From NCBI RefSeq assembly GCF_037042905.1, contig NC_087251.1:25484001-25548000 (forward strand): DNA of 64,000 bases. The letters are read 5' to 3'. A program made the translations under genes and the position numbers. The notes beneath the pieces are model-generated. The model saw nothing but the letters and a program-made list of their open reading frames with translations. It ran no database searches and was not told the DNA's origin. The stretch is from Lytechinus pictus (Eukaryota). Shown piece by piece: positions 39,827 to 53,062 of the stretch (position 1 is its first letter; each line of letters opens with the position of its first letter).

Positions 39827-40282
39827 GGAAGATTTCACCATATGACGCAAAATTTGTTGTAAATTGGTGCAGGATTAAGGAAAATTAAGGAAAGACCAAG
39901 GAAGTTATTAGAATTCTAAGTTATTTGATCTGTGACGTCATATACAAGCAGCTGCCCCATATGTTATGTTTATATAATATAAGGTGCATATATTTCGATT
40001 CTAATGGTTCATAATGAGTAAATATTTTCTTCTTTCAGGGGCGGGTGTGCAATAATTTATCTGTTGAAAACATTTTTTTTGTTTTGTTTTTGAAAATGAC
40101 ATTTCGTTGATTTATTTAATTCATGATACATGGGAAGCCGCTCACATATGACGTCACAAATAAAAAAAAAATTATAGTAGCTTTTAAATCTTTGATGGAT
40201 TTCCATCAAACCTTCAACAATATTTTGTATGTTTTTTCATGCTACATTTACAATAACCAGTTTGTCAGGGTGAACGTCCCCT
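39827..40282. mobile_element. Kolobok-type MITE; a related degenerate copy lies at about 40420-40905
   Basis: TTAA flanks; inverted tgtgacgtcatat..agcagct motifs; end gtcagggtgaacgtcccct. Confidence 0.75.
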
Positions 40283-40994
40283 TTAACAAGATGTAACTTG
40301 TGTGGTTTGGTACGTATCATCATGATTATGTTTTAGGTTACCATAATACCATTATAAACTGTGTGTAAGAGGCCGACGAATATTGGTCCAATATGTATTG
40401 ATATTTCTCCCCCTCAATTTTGATAAGCCAAGTCAGTATTGTGGAAAAAATGTTTACTATAAAAATAGAAGGAAAAATAATAAAAAGAATGCTGAAGGTT
40501 TTAGGAAATCCATCAAAGATTTGGAATGTTATTAGAATTTTAGCATGCGAGCAGCTTCCCCATATTATATCGTGTTGTAAATATAAAAAAAAAAAACGAT
40601 GATAAAATTTTAATTAACAGAACACCAATCATTGAAAATATTTATGTAGCTTCAGTATATCAACAGACAAAATATTTCTCTCCCGTTCCTAAAACAAACC
40701 AATTTTTAGTCATCAAGAACAATTAAAAACTTGAAATTTATAATGTTCGTATTACATAACAAAATGGGGCAGCTGCTCGTTCAAAAATATAAAATTTTGA
40801 TAACTTTCTTAGTCTTTGATGGATATTCCTCAAATCCTCACCATTTTTTTTTAATTGGTAATTTTACAACAACATTTTCTTCAGGGCGCATGAGCTTCCC
40901 TTTTAGTGAAGTAAAGAATCTGTAGATACATCGCTTCCTCCAAAATTATCGAAGGTGGGGGTAAAATACTATGTCCCTCTATGGTGAGTCCTTT

Positions 40995-41795
40995 TCTAAT
41001 TTAATATTATCTGCGAGTAAATCTTGTTTGAGCATGTTACAAAAACTTCAAAACCGTGCAGGTAGGATCATTTTAAAATCAAAACTGTCTGAGCACCGAC
41101 CAGTACGTGAAATTCATTATACTCTGTGCTGGGAAACTCTACAGCAACGACAATTCTTTCATACTTATTGTCTTTTATATAAAATATTCCATGATATGTC
41201 GCCTGCTTATTTAAAACAAACATTTATTTTTAAGACATCGAGATACCATACTCGAAATGGTAATGAGGTTGTCTTGCCCAAACCTGCATGATAATAAAAA
41301 AATGCAAACGTTCATTTCAGTTTCGTTGTGGAAAATTATATAACAATTTACCTCTATACATTAAAAAACTTGATAAATTTTTCTACTTATAAAAAAGAAG
41401 TTTTGAAATTAACCGGTGAAATGTAATGATGGTTTCATGTTAGGACTGTCGGGGGGGGGGGGGATTGTGAACTTGCACCACAAGTTCACTCATCCATTCT
41501 TCTACAATTTTTTATATATATTGATTTGTTATACATGTATTAATTAGTAATTTTTCATATTGTAATATTGATTTAATTAACTTATTTTTAGGGACCCTGG
41601 GGAAGAACAGGTTGGCTATTAATAGCCAATCTGAAACGGGTCTATCCCTACGATTCTGTATTACATACATTGTTTAGTTTGATTACTGTTATATTGTTAA
41701 TTTGCTATATTGTTTTTAATTATTTGATCATGTAATGATTATTTTGTTTATATTTATGCATTTTTAATCGTGAATAAAAACCAACCAACCAACCC
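40995..41795 (+). mobile_element. 5'-truncated Crack/CR1-clade LINE (ORF2 C-terminus, 3' UTR, (CCAA)n tail)
   Basis: LQKLQNRAGRIIL...LCWETLQQR...PAYL...RYHTRN, then after a stop KRSFQF..GKLYNNLP; 3' motif gggaccctggggaagaacag; aataaaaaccaaccaaccaacc. Confidence 0.85.
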
Positions 41796-44162
41796 ATGAT
41801 ATTTAAAAATACATTCTTACATGCAGAATAGACAGATCGTCAATCATCTCCCATAAAGAAGATAATTGTTTTCAAGTTTCTTGTACGATGTCTGAAAATG
41901 TTTGATGAGATCATTCAGTCAGCAGCATCTCTGGAATAAATTATTATCAAATCAATTAATAATAATAATTTTAATATTCTAAGTTATACCGGCATAAATC
42001 AAATTACTTGTATTTAAAGTGCATAGAGATTATTATGTAATAAATATTCATAAGCATAATGATATTAGTAGTATTATCTTAAGTCCGGGCTTTCACTCCG
42101 TCTATACACCAACAACCACACCCAAGATCCTGCGTTACGTCTTTGGCATACAATCATGACCTCAAGTCAACCATTCCATTGTTTCTTGCGACAATGCAAG
42201 CCGGGATGCAAGCTTGCTAACATTGATCGGGTGTTTATGAAGTTTAGAAACAAAACACCACATCCTTCGTTTAAGACAATGGAAATATCGTTTTGCTGTC
42301 ATAGACTACATCAACTTTCACCTTGGCTGGCGTGGTGTCATGTTTTGTTTTCATGAATCAAGTCAACGTCAATGAAAGCCGATACAAACGTCACGTAATC
42401 ACAAAGACGATTGATCTCAAATATGAGTAATCATGTCATTATACGTAATTGTCATGAAAATATTATCAATGTGAAGTATCCATGTGTTTTATCCACTGTA
42501 TTTTGCAAATACCTATATGTACATCTTTGTTTTCAGGGCAATTAAGGTTTCATCACCGTTGTGATGAATTCATTACCATTTACTCTGCTATTTCACTTTT
42601 TTTTTTTAAATAAAAGACGCAAGATTGGTTTGTTCGTGAACCTATAGGTCCATGGTTTGTTCAAATTAACTAACACAATTTTTTTTCAGGTCATTATATT
42701 AATATAAAAATTTGGCTCGCGCTTCGCTCTCGCAAAGACTGTTGATATAGATAAATCTATTTAATAGGATAACATATAGGCTTAAAAATCCAGTGTTCAA
42801 GTCAATATGCACAAATTACTTTTCTCTTGATTCGAGTTTTCATTATTTGATTTAGCAAGATACGCATACTGCTTGTTAAAAGTGCTGAATACCGAAAAAA
42901 TTCAGCTCGCGCTACGCGCTAGCATAAATTGTTTCATTAAATACCTATCCTGTTCATGGATACAAAAATGCTTAGAACGTCCAGTTATCATCGCAGGATT
43001 TTAAACAAAATTTCACCTCGTTCTTCGCGCTCGCAATATTGATATATTTGAGGTCAATTTTCAATCTAATATCCCTTTGGGGCACCCGAAATATCATCTT
43101 CACGAGTCACAGCAAACAGTCCTTAACAGCTCCGTATTCATTCAAGTCAGTAGTGCCCACTAGTATGTTAAACATTTTAACTCACACTCGCGCTCGATTT
43201 TGTGAAACGGGCGAATAAAAAAAGTGCCCCTCAAATATTTTTGCCCCGCCCCCGCTTGCCCTCCTAGTTTAAAAATCCTGATGCCGCCACTACAACCACT
43301 CAAAACAAAGCATTCCAATTAAACTGTCAGGGCTGATTTTGTAAATGATGACAACTTTCATGAACCCCCCCCCCCCTCCCCCGTTCTCTCCCCGATCTCA
43401 GCAATTTGGAGTACAACAAAACACCCAACTAAAAAATTCATTGGGAACAAAAATAAAACAAAAACATTGAGCATCCCAACACTAAAGATTTTAACAAAGA
43501 GTGGACAGAAGGCCCCCCCCCCCCTAAAAAAAAAAAAAAGAGCTGAAAATCGACCTAAAACGGGCGTTTAGATAATATTTTGAGAATCATGATAAAAAAA
43601 ATCACACTTGGCAAAGGGTGCCGGAAGCGGGGGGGGGGGGGGGGCAGGGGGGCACTTGCCCCCCCCCCAATAAAAACGAGATTTTGCCCCCCCCCCCCCC
43701 AATGTGCCCTCCTAAAAGTAGAAAAATGATAAATTATTTAAGGACAAAAGTAAACGACGAAGGCACTTTTCTGCCTAAAAATTGTCATTTCCATTGTCAA
43801 AAATGAAAAAAATTCGCAATTACATATCATAGTAAGCCTCTTTTGACGAACATGTCCCTCTGTGAAACATACCTTTGATAAGCCCCTTTTCCATCTTATT
43901 ATAGTGTGATAACGTTTAACCTTTTAATGAATACATTTAAGACTAAAACCGAATGGCAAATTGAAAGCGGTTCACCAATGCATGCTGGTTGTGTCAGCTA
44001 ACAAACGCGCGGTCGCCCAGAAACGCTCAGACCGGACCCGATATCACTAACGCGCGTGAACGCTAGTTACTCGAGCAACATATGGAATCTATGTCATAGC
44101 TGTCAAGCCCAGAAACCATAACATCTCGAGGCGAGAAATTGGAAGATTGAGAGTAGGTCCTA

Positions 44163-44405
44163 GAGTAATATTTCTTGAAAATGTGTGTAGTTCTGAAATT
44201 GACTGTAAAACAGAAAAGGTTGAAGAGTTAAAGAGGCTTGAGTAGTTGGATTATTGGATAAATGAGAAGATGCTAGCTTGAGTCGGCGAATGGAGTGCAT
44301 AGCAGGAGTTCTCATCTATCAACTACTCAAGCTTCTTCAACTCTTCAACCTTTTATGGTTTACTGTCTTTTTCAGGACTACGCTCATTTAAACAAAAAAT
44401 TACTC
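44163..44405. mobile_element. Palindromic MITE
   Basis: gagtaat...aaaggttgaagagttaaagaggcttgagtagttg / caactactcaagcttcttcaactcttcaacctttt...attactc. Confidence 0.75.
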
Positions 44406-46399
44406 GACTATCAACTGTCCACTTCCTCCCCTATCAATTTCACTTCTTCCTCTATCCACTTTTTCGAAAACTCCACATGGTGTACCGTCAACCACATCCG
44501 CTATTGGAATGTAATTGTTTTCTTCTAAATAATGTTACATAATGTACATTATGAACTGCGGTAGTTTGTTAATCAGTTCATGATTATTTACAAGTGAATA
44601 TTTTCTTGAATTTGATATTCATCATTTCCTAGTTATGGTCACATTTCCCCCAGAAAATATGTAAAGAAAAAAGAAGATTTTGAAGGAGTCATCCAAAAGT
44701 GCTTCCCAGCCATACAAAACATGCAAAAGGAAACACATAAATCGAGTAATGTTTTAAACTTTAATGATTTTCAGAAAAGTTTTAAGTTGTTAGACAATTA
44801 AGCTTGTCATATTTCTTTTTCCTCCAGTTACAAAATATGAAACGTATTGCCCATGCATAATCAGGGACTATCTCTAATGCTAATGTCAGAAATGATTTGC
44901 ATGGAATGGGGATTTAAGTGCTTATCGACGTCTGCCACGTCAGAACAGTATGACATTTTGAATTTGAAAAGACATTCATTAGAATTTCTTTTGTTTCTGT
45001 TGTTATGCTTCTTCTGCTTAATACACTCCTTGTTCTGACAGAAATTACTTGAAACTTATGATTGTGCTCTCTCGCGTCGTCCGTGTATGTAAATGTACAT
45101 AAATAAATTTTTCTGAAAGGATATTGCATGAAAAATGTAATTTCTGGTATTTTTAGTCAATATAAGCGTAATACGTAATTTAATTGATCAGACATGAAAA
45201 CGACATTCCGAAGCGATCGTTTTGCGCGTAGATTTCATATAAAGATGGGTTCTCATAAATTATGAGTATAGTGTTTCGTAGTGAAATCTATGTTTAATTC
45301 TCAAGAAATTTATTTTTGGATGCTCTTAGAAACGCAACTTTTATACTCCATTTTTACACAAAGTCCTTACCGTGGGGGGTCCCCACACCCTCTCCCGCTC
45401 GATCGCTTCGGTATCTCACGCTGTCAAAAATATTGTGCCCCCTTCGGGATTTTCCCCCCTAAAACTAAAAGTGTTCCGGCGCGCCTGCACTTGGCTAAGA
45501 TGGAACGAAGGTGAAACAAAAATGACACTCAATTACGTTAGTTTGATATTTCGTTCTTTATTCAACATACATTCATATAGTCGTGATAATAAATTCTCTC
45601 TCTAGTTTACATTGCTACATCAACAACACTTTAATATAATAAATAACGATGACAAGTTCACTCCAATTGCGACACAATAGAATTATAGTTTTGAATGAAT
45701 AATTGATACATTATAAAATGATAAAAATGCAAATCATCTCACTGTATATAAGGTGGAGCGCATCTACCAATTATTTATTGACATTTTGTATGACAATACA
45801 GAGAAAATTTTGAAAGTGAATCTATGTAATTTCAATGGGACAGATGTACATTAATAACAACGCCTTACATTGTTTTGTATTATTTTGACAATGAGTTATC
45901 AGGCATTTAGTATACGGTGACATTTGAATTGACATTCGGACAAAATGAATCTCGTCGATTATCGACTGACATTGTAGCGGTGGGGGTGATAATAATAATA
46001 CAAACAGAGTGTGAGAATTGATGGGCTTTTATCGGGAGAACATGAATAAAAATTTCCAAAGACTGCCCAGCAAATTAACCGTGGGTAAACAATGATTATT
46101 TTACATGCAGATAATATGGTAGAGGGGGTATCTTTGGAGGGGCGGAGGAAAATGAGAGAGAAGTCCATGATCAAGATGTCGGTGATGGTGATGACGACGA
46201 TGATGATGATGATGATGTTGGTGATGATAATGATGCTGATGATAGTGGTGGTGATGAGGGTGATGGTGAGGGAGATAAGGAGGAGGAAGTTTTAGGGAAG
46301 TGATGCACGATCGACTTCATCTTGTAAGAAAGGGGGGATTTCAATGGACCAAGATTCATAGTATACAATAATGACAAGGGAATTATCAAACTCAATTAA

Positions 46400-47821
46400 A
46401 GTTGAATTAAGAAGACGATTCCAAATATTGAGATATTTACATTAATAGCAACCTTACAACCCCCCAAACACTAAGAGGTGATTCGAACCCCCATTTTCTT
46501 TTTTCAAAATAGTGAATTTGAACGATTTATCCCTACCCATTTTCCCCGAGTTCGCTCCTGCAATGCCTACCGAGACGGGTGTTCTTTGAGTGTGACGTCA
46601 CCGGGGGGTATTCGGTCCCGGTGTAGTAAACCAGGCAGTGCCGCTTTGTGTACTATGCACGTACGCCTATATGGAATATCTGCAGTTGAAGTTGTATCTG
46701 CGAGCCATAGAACTTGCAAAGAGGAAATGATTAAAATATTTGTGGCCGTACTATTATTCCAAATATGTAAATTCCCTCAGAATGATACCATAGACCCTAA
46801 AGGAATAATTTCAAGGTGAATAATATGAAATTTGATCGAGATCTTCTCACCAGTCGATAACGTAGCAGACGTGTTATTATGACATATTTATCCGCGTGTG
46901 ACGCGGCTCTTGCAAAAAAACACAGTTGGTTGCGGAATTGCTTTGTGCCGACCGGCCGCCCGCTCCGGCGCAGCTAGCTGTCGAGCTACCGTACCGCATA
47001 CCTTCCTTGTTGTCTTCATGCAACCATAGAGATGTATACTAATTACTATATATCTCTCTGTCTTCAACTCACTTGCGAATTGCGTTTGTATGTGTGACGG
47101 TGACCCCTAGCGTAATTAAATATAGGAAACAACTCAGAAGGCCGAGAAAGAATAATACGTTTGGTTCAAGATTGTTCTGTGGAATGAGCTATGCTATGAG
47201 TGGAAATGATCCAGAGGATAGAAAAGTGGAGTCAAAGCCACCAGACCATTTAACAGTACATAGCTCAATGCCTGGGTGTTGTGTGTACTAGTATTATGCG
47301 TTCAGCGCGCGCTGAGCGAGAGCTGAGCTATCCGCCGGAATTACTTTCCAGCTACTCACTTGATTGAACATCGTGATAAAATAAATGAGAAATAGTGAAA
47401 ATATCATTCAATAACTCACTGTTTGCTATCTTACATCATGATTGAAGAGTTCATGATGGTTATTCATACTGTTTTTTATACAGGGAAAGTAAAGATTTGT
47501 ACATATCAGTCCTATTTGTTTGATTCGAGTTGCTTTGAAAAAAAATTGTAAAATATCTTTCTCTCTCTGCATAGCATTTCTGTATGACATTCAGGCACCT
47601 CTTATACTAAATTCCCCCCGGTGACGTCACACTCCGAGTGACTTTTCTGTACACTCGTCTCTCGGGCTCTGACAGGTGGCTAATTTCATAGACTTTCAAA
47701 GCAAAATATCGAGAAGGCAGAGGATTTTTGTGACATGCTATCTGTTTGAACAACTTATATATACTATATATTGTGTGTAGAACCTATATTTATGGAAACT
47801 CACCCCCTTCTTAATTCAACT
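46400..47821. mobile_element. 1.4-kb non-autonomous Kolobok-type element
   Basis: TTAA|agttgaattaagaag ... cttcttaattcaact|TTAA; subterminal inverted gagtgtgacgtcaccgggggg. Confidence 0.85.
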
Positions 47822-49472
47822 TTAACGACTTTCAAAGAGACACCAAGAATGACATAGCATTTTTACTACTCGGCTTAGAAAGTTATTTCAGGCCATCTCA
47901 TCGCAACGGTTAATAGGCAAAACAACAAGGATCTAAATTGGTAGTCAATAAAGTAGTAATTAGCCAGTCATATCAATTAGCAAACGTCAGCCTTCATCTT
48001 CGTTAGAATTACCAAACAGCTATAACGACCTATTGTCAATTGCCGCTCATAACACCTTTTTCACAATCAAGCTTTTTGTGCCGACTCCATTGCCTTAGCT
48101 GTATCGGTAATGACTATTAATTGCGTTAACGAAATATAGGGGCAATAAACAATCTTTCTACCCGGTCTTTCTACCAGACATGTTTTAACAGAACTGTACC
48201 TAATGCTAATGCAGTTGACCAAAATAGTACACACGTCCCCAATACCTCTATTGCACATAGCTATTTAACATGTTTTACTGATAAAACATTGAATGTACCA
48301 TGGTCATGATGGTCCATGTAATGTACGATCATTGTAACAGCGTGCAGAGGGTCGTTTACACTGGTCAAAACATCTCGATTGTTATTATCAGACAATTACG
48401 TATTTTTATATACCTCTCTTTTTAAGAGATTACGAAACGGAAAAAAATCATTATATAATTGCCGTGATTTTTTTTACCATGGCTCGTTAGTAGGTCAATG
48501 GTTTTACGATATGGTATTTAACGGTTACAGTAAACTTACAAATGAAAACGGGTATATGGCAGTCCAGCAATATACCTAATTGCCATTTAGACGCCGACGT
48601 TCAGGACCGCACTTAATGATATATTGTAATAGACCCTTTGGAATGCGGATGGTACGCTGTTATCTAAAGAAGACAAGCTTTTTATATTCATCTTTTAGTG
48701 ATTACATAATAAAATGTCCAGTGACGTATGTGGTATACAAAGTTACAAAAAAAAATGCACTACTGACTGCGAACACGATTATCACACGCAACAATGGCGT
48801 CGAAAATAAAATAACCTCTTAGATAATTTGAATTTGACTTTTTGTTTATAGAATATAAACAAAAAGTAGTCGTAACGTTGTAACTCCAAATATTCATCAT
48901 TAATGGCGAGCCAAATGGTCTCGGTTATTTTGGTAACTAGGGAATAATACAAACATGGTAGTATTTATCAATGTAGAATATATTCATTTCTACCTATATC
49001 AGAGCGGGTCAATTTATATCATTAAAATATCACTAGTTTCTTGTCAAAACGACAGAAATAGGCCTATTTGTTTTGAAACTAAAACTCCAGGCCTAACCAT
49101 TAAAAGAAAATGAATAAAGAAATCCTCAAGGATTTTGTACTCAAATTCGAGTAGATTCAATTCCATATCTACATGATTCTAAATGTCTATTTTCCCATAA
49201 CGTAAATGATATTATTGGAAACATTTCAAAACTGTAACGAAAACAGACAAAAGTGGATGGCCCTCCGGGATGGCCCTTTGTAGTCAATTCGTATGTAACA
49301 TAACAGTTACAACTCAAACAGTTAGACGAGTCAGTTGGTATTATCAGACGAGAATCCTGGAACCGAGTATGTCACGGGGCATTGACAGAACTTGATGATC
49401 TTTGCACACATCATATTATATAAAAGTAAGATGGATTATCGTTCAACCAGGGACTGGTTTAACCAACCTGCA

Positions 49473-49722
49473 CACTCTAAAAATACTGGGTAAAAATGCT
49501 CCATGAGGGTTATTATGTGTGCAACCAACATTGGGCTTTTCTCTAGGGAATTTTCATATATCCAATGTGAAGAAAATTTTGCCCATTCTAAAGTAATTGC
49601 TGCTTATTTTTTAAACTTATATACTGGACAATATGCTTCACGCATTGGGTAAAATACTGCCCAAAATTGACACATAATCACCCTTGTGCTAGTTAAAATT
49701 TTATCCAATATTTTGTAAAGTG
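49473..49722. mobile_element. EnSpm-like MITE
   Basis: CA|cactctaaaaatactgggtaaaa ... ttttatccaatattttgtaaagtg|CA. Confidence 0.65.
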
Positions 49723-52027
49723 CACATTAAAAAAATGTATATAGTACTCAATATTGTAATACTTAGCTCACATTAAGGTTTATATTTCTTCTACAAGATT
49801 GAATGGTTAAAGTTTGTTACCCGTTAACTCTTTATTAAAATGAAATTACCCATTATAGTAAAGACAAAGAGCTTAAGGATAACGTACATTGTCTAATTTG
49901 CTCCAGGATCTTGGGCTGGAATGAAGGTTCTTGAAAATTCAATATCGATCATTGATGGCCATTTATAAAAATAAATGTTATTCTTAGAGAGAGTTTGAGT
50001 ATTACCCGGTAAACTTTTTTTGGGTTCTTTGGTCAAATTTTAGTTTTCCGCGCCCGAGGTACCATGACTACGATGAAAGCGTTTACTTTGTGGCGTACAA
50101 TAAATCTAGTTACACATTATATAAAAACGCTTAAATTTGTTTAACCATGGACCTATTTCATTTCGTCTTACGTGTAATTATTTAAACAAACAGTTAAACA
50201 GACATGGTTGTTAGGTCCATGAAACTATAAGATTTTCTGATTGATAACTCATAGAAACATCTATTTGGAAAAATAAGGATAAACCACAATCAAATTTTAC
50301 CTATTCCGAAAAAAAAAACATCCTGCATTGCTTTAAGCTTAAATGACGCCATTCCAATTAATGTGAATACTGCAATTGGAAAATTAGAAGTGATTATGCT
50401 TTGTCTGAATTTGTAATAGGAAATGATACATTTTCATATAAGTTTCAACTTAAGTTTAAATTGAACGTATATTAGGCATGTTATCATGGAAATATCATAC
50501 CGAAAGACTTCTTTTAAAACGTACTACCTTTGCGATATCACTTGGGGCTTCTCTTCCTCAATAGTCATAAATACATATTTTTCCAATATCATCTCTAATT
50601 GCGACCTTTCAGCGAGAGTAAAAAGGATATAAGGTTTGCACATATAAAGACAGTGTCTATATGGTCGGGTATTGCCTCGCAGTGTGGAAATTGAAAATTA
50701 GCTTTGTTTTACCCCCCCCCCAAGAAATAAGTGAGAGAAGAGAGACGGGAAGACAAATGAGTATCATTTTAAGGCAATAGATCAAGAGAACCCTCCCAAA
50801 AAGAGGTCGTTACTCGCTCAGTAGAGCAGTTTTACGAAATTGATATTCAATATTTTGCTGTAATCTGACCATATGCTTACAAAACATGATCCTACTCAAC
50901 ATACCGTTTTCAAGAAACGTAATGTAACATAGTCGGCACATGATTGTATGCATGTACGATCAGCAACCTTTAAGTTTGCTTTTATACTGTATTGGGTAGA
51001 AGTGTGTTTATTTTACTCTCCCCAACGACATAATAAAAGGCATTATCTAGGATTATCCATACCCACTGCTATAGAGCTTTTAAGCACAACTTCGCAAAGT
51101 AAAGATCGGATCACATGGATGACAAAGCTGCAAAGGGGGAGGGGTTGAATGCGATACGCTTGCGTGGCGCCGCGCTCAACTCTGAGAATGTTTTCGTAAT
51201 AGGTCCATGATACAACATACTGTACTAGGGCAGATTCTGAACCACAACGAACATAAAGATACCTCGATGCATCATACATGTATTTCGTTCTTGGATATGA
51301 GGGATCTGAAAATACATATAAAAATTTGCCGTTTCGCGAAGTACGTCCCTCTTTACGTTCTTATCGTATTCAGAAGAATGAAGGAGAAGAAAAAAAAACA
51401 GTAGTCTATGATATACCAGGGTTACCATGTGTAAATACATATAGCCTATTGAACAGTTTTCCATCCAGTCAGAAAAAAGATGCATATTGAATTTATAAGC
51501 TTAACAATCTCTATAGATAATAATATTTAAAAAATTATCTTATATACAACTTGATTGCCAGCAAACAAGGATAAAAACTTGCAAATCTCAAACAAGGCAA
51601 ATTTGTTCAATAATGATGCAAAACGTGAGATAAATGTATTTAGTTTATATTGTAATCTGTTTGATATGATTGCATAAAAAACAATGATCAGTTATTTGGA
51701 CGGGAGACTTTCATCAATGTCAATTCTATCATTTATGAAAATGTAAAATATACGACGATTGTTCAACATTGTTCAGCACTGCTGAAGCTGCTGAATAAAT
51801 ATGATTTCAATACAAAAAATAACGTCTTACTGATCACCATTTATTCAGGACGGATATTGAAACATATTTCTTCTAAATATTAATGATATAAATATTGGTA
51901 AAAATCAGAAAAGGTTCCAAACCCATTTGCAAGTCTAAGGCAGTAAAGGCACACAATGATAAAACATGACCGTGTATCATCATGTCCGAATTTCATGAGT
52001 TTCTAAATTATCATTGTTGACCAACCC

Positions 52028-53062
52028 TCAGTGATGCGATTCTTGAAGCCATTCAATGCATTTACTATCAGGGTTCTTTGCCTTGATTGGCAGTTTTTGA
52101 TTACCGGCTTTCCTCTTCGCCTTGGGTTTACTCGTTTCATTGCTAACCACGTCCTCGCCGTCGACGACCATCGCGTCGTCCTTTTCGTTTCTATTCACTT
52201 GTTTGGTATCTCCTCTCCAAGGCGACACGTCCAATTCATATTCCATCTTCTGTCCCGATTTGACGACGACGTCGGCCTTGGTCCGCCGTTCCAAGTTTTC
52301 TTTGCGAGCCCGTCGTCGTTCCGCGGTACTGCCGTTGTTGTTATCATCCTTCAGACCACGGGCAGAACGATCATGCTGGTGAGAAAATATATCCGGTAAT
52401 TTGGTTTCCGTGAGCGATGACGAGTTGGTGTTCGTTTTGGAAGAATCCTTAGGAGCTTTGGAGTTCATCTCAATTTTAGCAAGCCTGTTTTTATCGATGT
52501 CTGTGTGATTGAAGCCATCGCGTTCTGATTGCATCATTACGTTGTAAGACATGGAAAGAAAGTCCCTCTCGAAGTCCTCATCATCGTTATCTTCCTCCGA
52601 ACTGTCTTTCCCCCACTGGTAGCCGTTTCGGTTTTTCAAAATTGGGCAGCTCTTAGACATGGGCATGCTTTCACGAGTTCTTGAGTCACCATGACTCCAG
52701 TTCGACCCAGCCGTCCTCGACTTCCTGAATTCACTGGACGGCGACATATTTGAGATGTTCGGCAACACAAAACTGTCCGACATCGAAGATTTGTTGACCA
52801 ACAGCCGACCGGACTTCGACATTTTCTTTTCACACAATCTTCGGGACTGGACCGTCGTAGCACCTTGGTTACCGCCCTCGGTGCTCTCGGCATAACCGAG
52901 ATCATCGTGGTCGTCGCTCGTCGCGCTCCATCTTGAGTCTATGGGTGGGAGAAAGCTCTCATCGTTCTCGGCCGCGGTGGCCGCACATTTCGGCATCGCT
53001 ACATCCTCAGAATCGCCTCGCATCTTTCTTTGGTTACCCATGGGATGCACTCCTGGAAACAT
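52028..53062 (-). CDS. Uncharacterised 344-aa hydrophilic, probably disordered protein; single coding exon
   Basis: Long ATG-to-stop ORF, GC-richer than flanks and not low-complexity; minus-strand acceptor cttctttctccttcag at 53185-53200; AATAAA (minus) at 51840-51845. Confidence 0.8.
   Translation of the reverse strand: MFPGVHPMGNQRKMRGDSEDVAMPKCAATAAENDESFLPPIDSRWSATSDDHDDLGYAESTEGGNQGATTVQSRRLCEKKMSKSGRLLVNKSSMSDSFVLPNISNMSPSSEFRKSRTAGSNWSHGDSRTRESMPMSKSCPILKNRNGYQWGKDSSEEDNDDEDFERDFLSMSYNVMMQSERDGFNHTDIDKNRLAKIEMNSKAPKDSSKTNTNSSSLTETKLPDIFSHQHDRSARGLKDDNNNGSTAERRRARKENLERRTKADVVVKSGQKMEYELDVSPWRGDTKQVNRNEKDDAMVVDGEDVVSNETSKPKAKRKAGNQKLPIKAKNPDSKCIEWLQESHH

Noticed and set aside
52031..52905. 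Overlapping ORFs in other frames of the 344-aa gene (likewise 19628-20213)
   Set aside because: Shadow ORFs of genuine coding sequence
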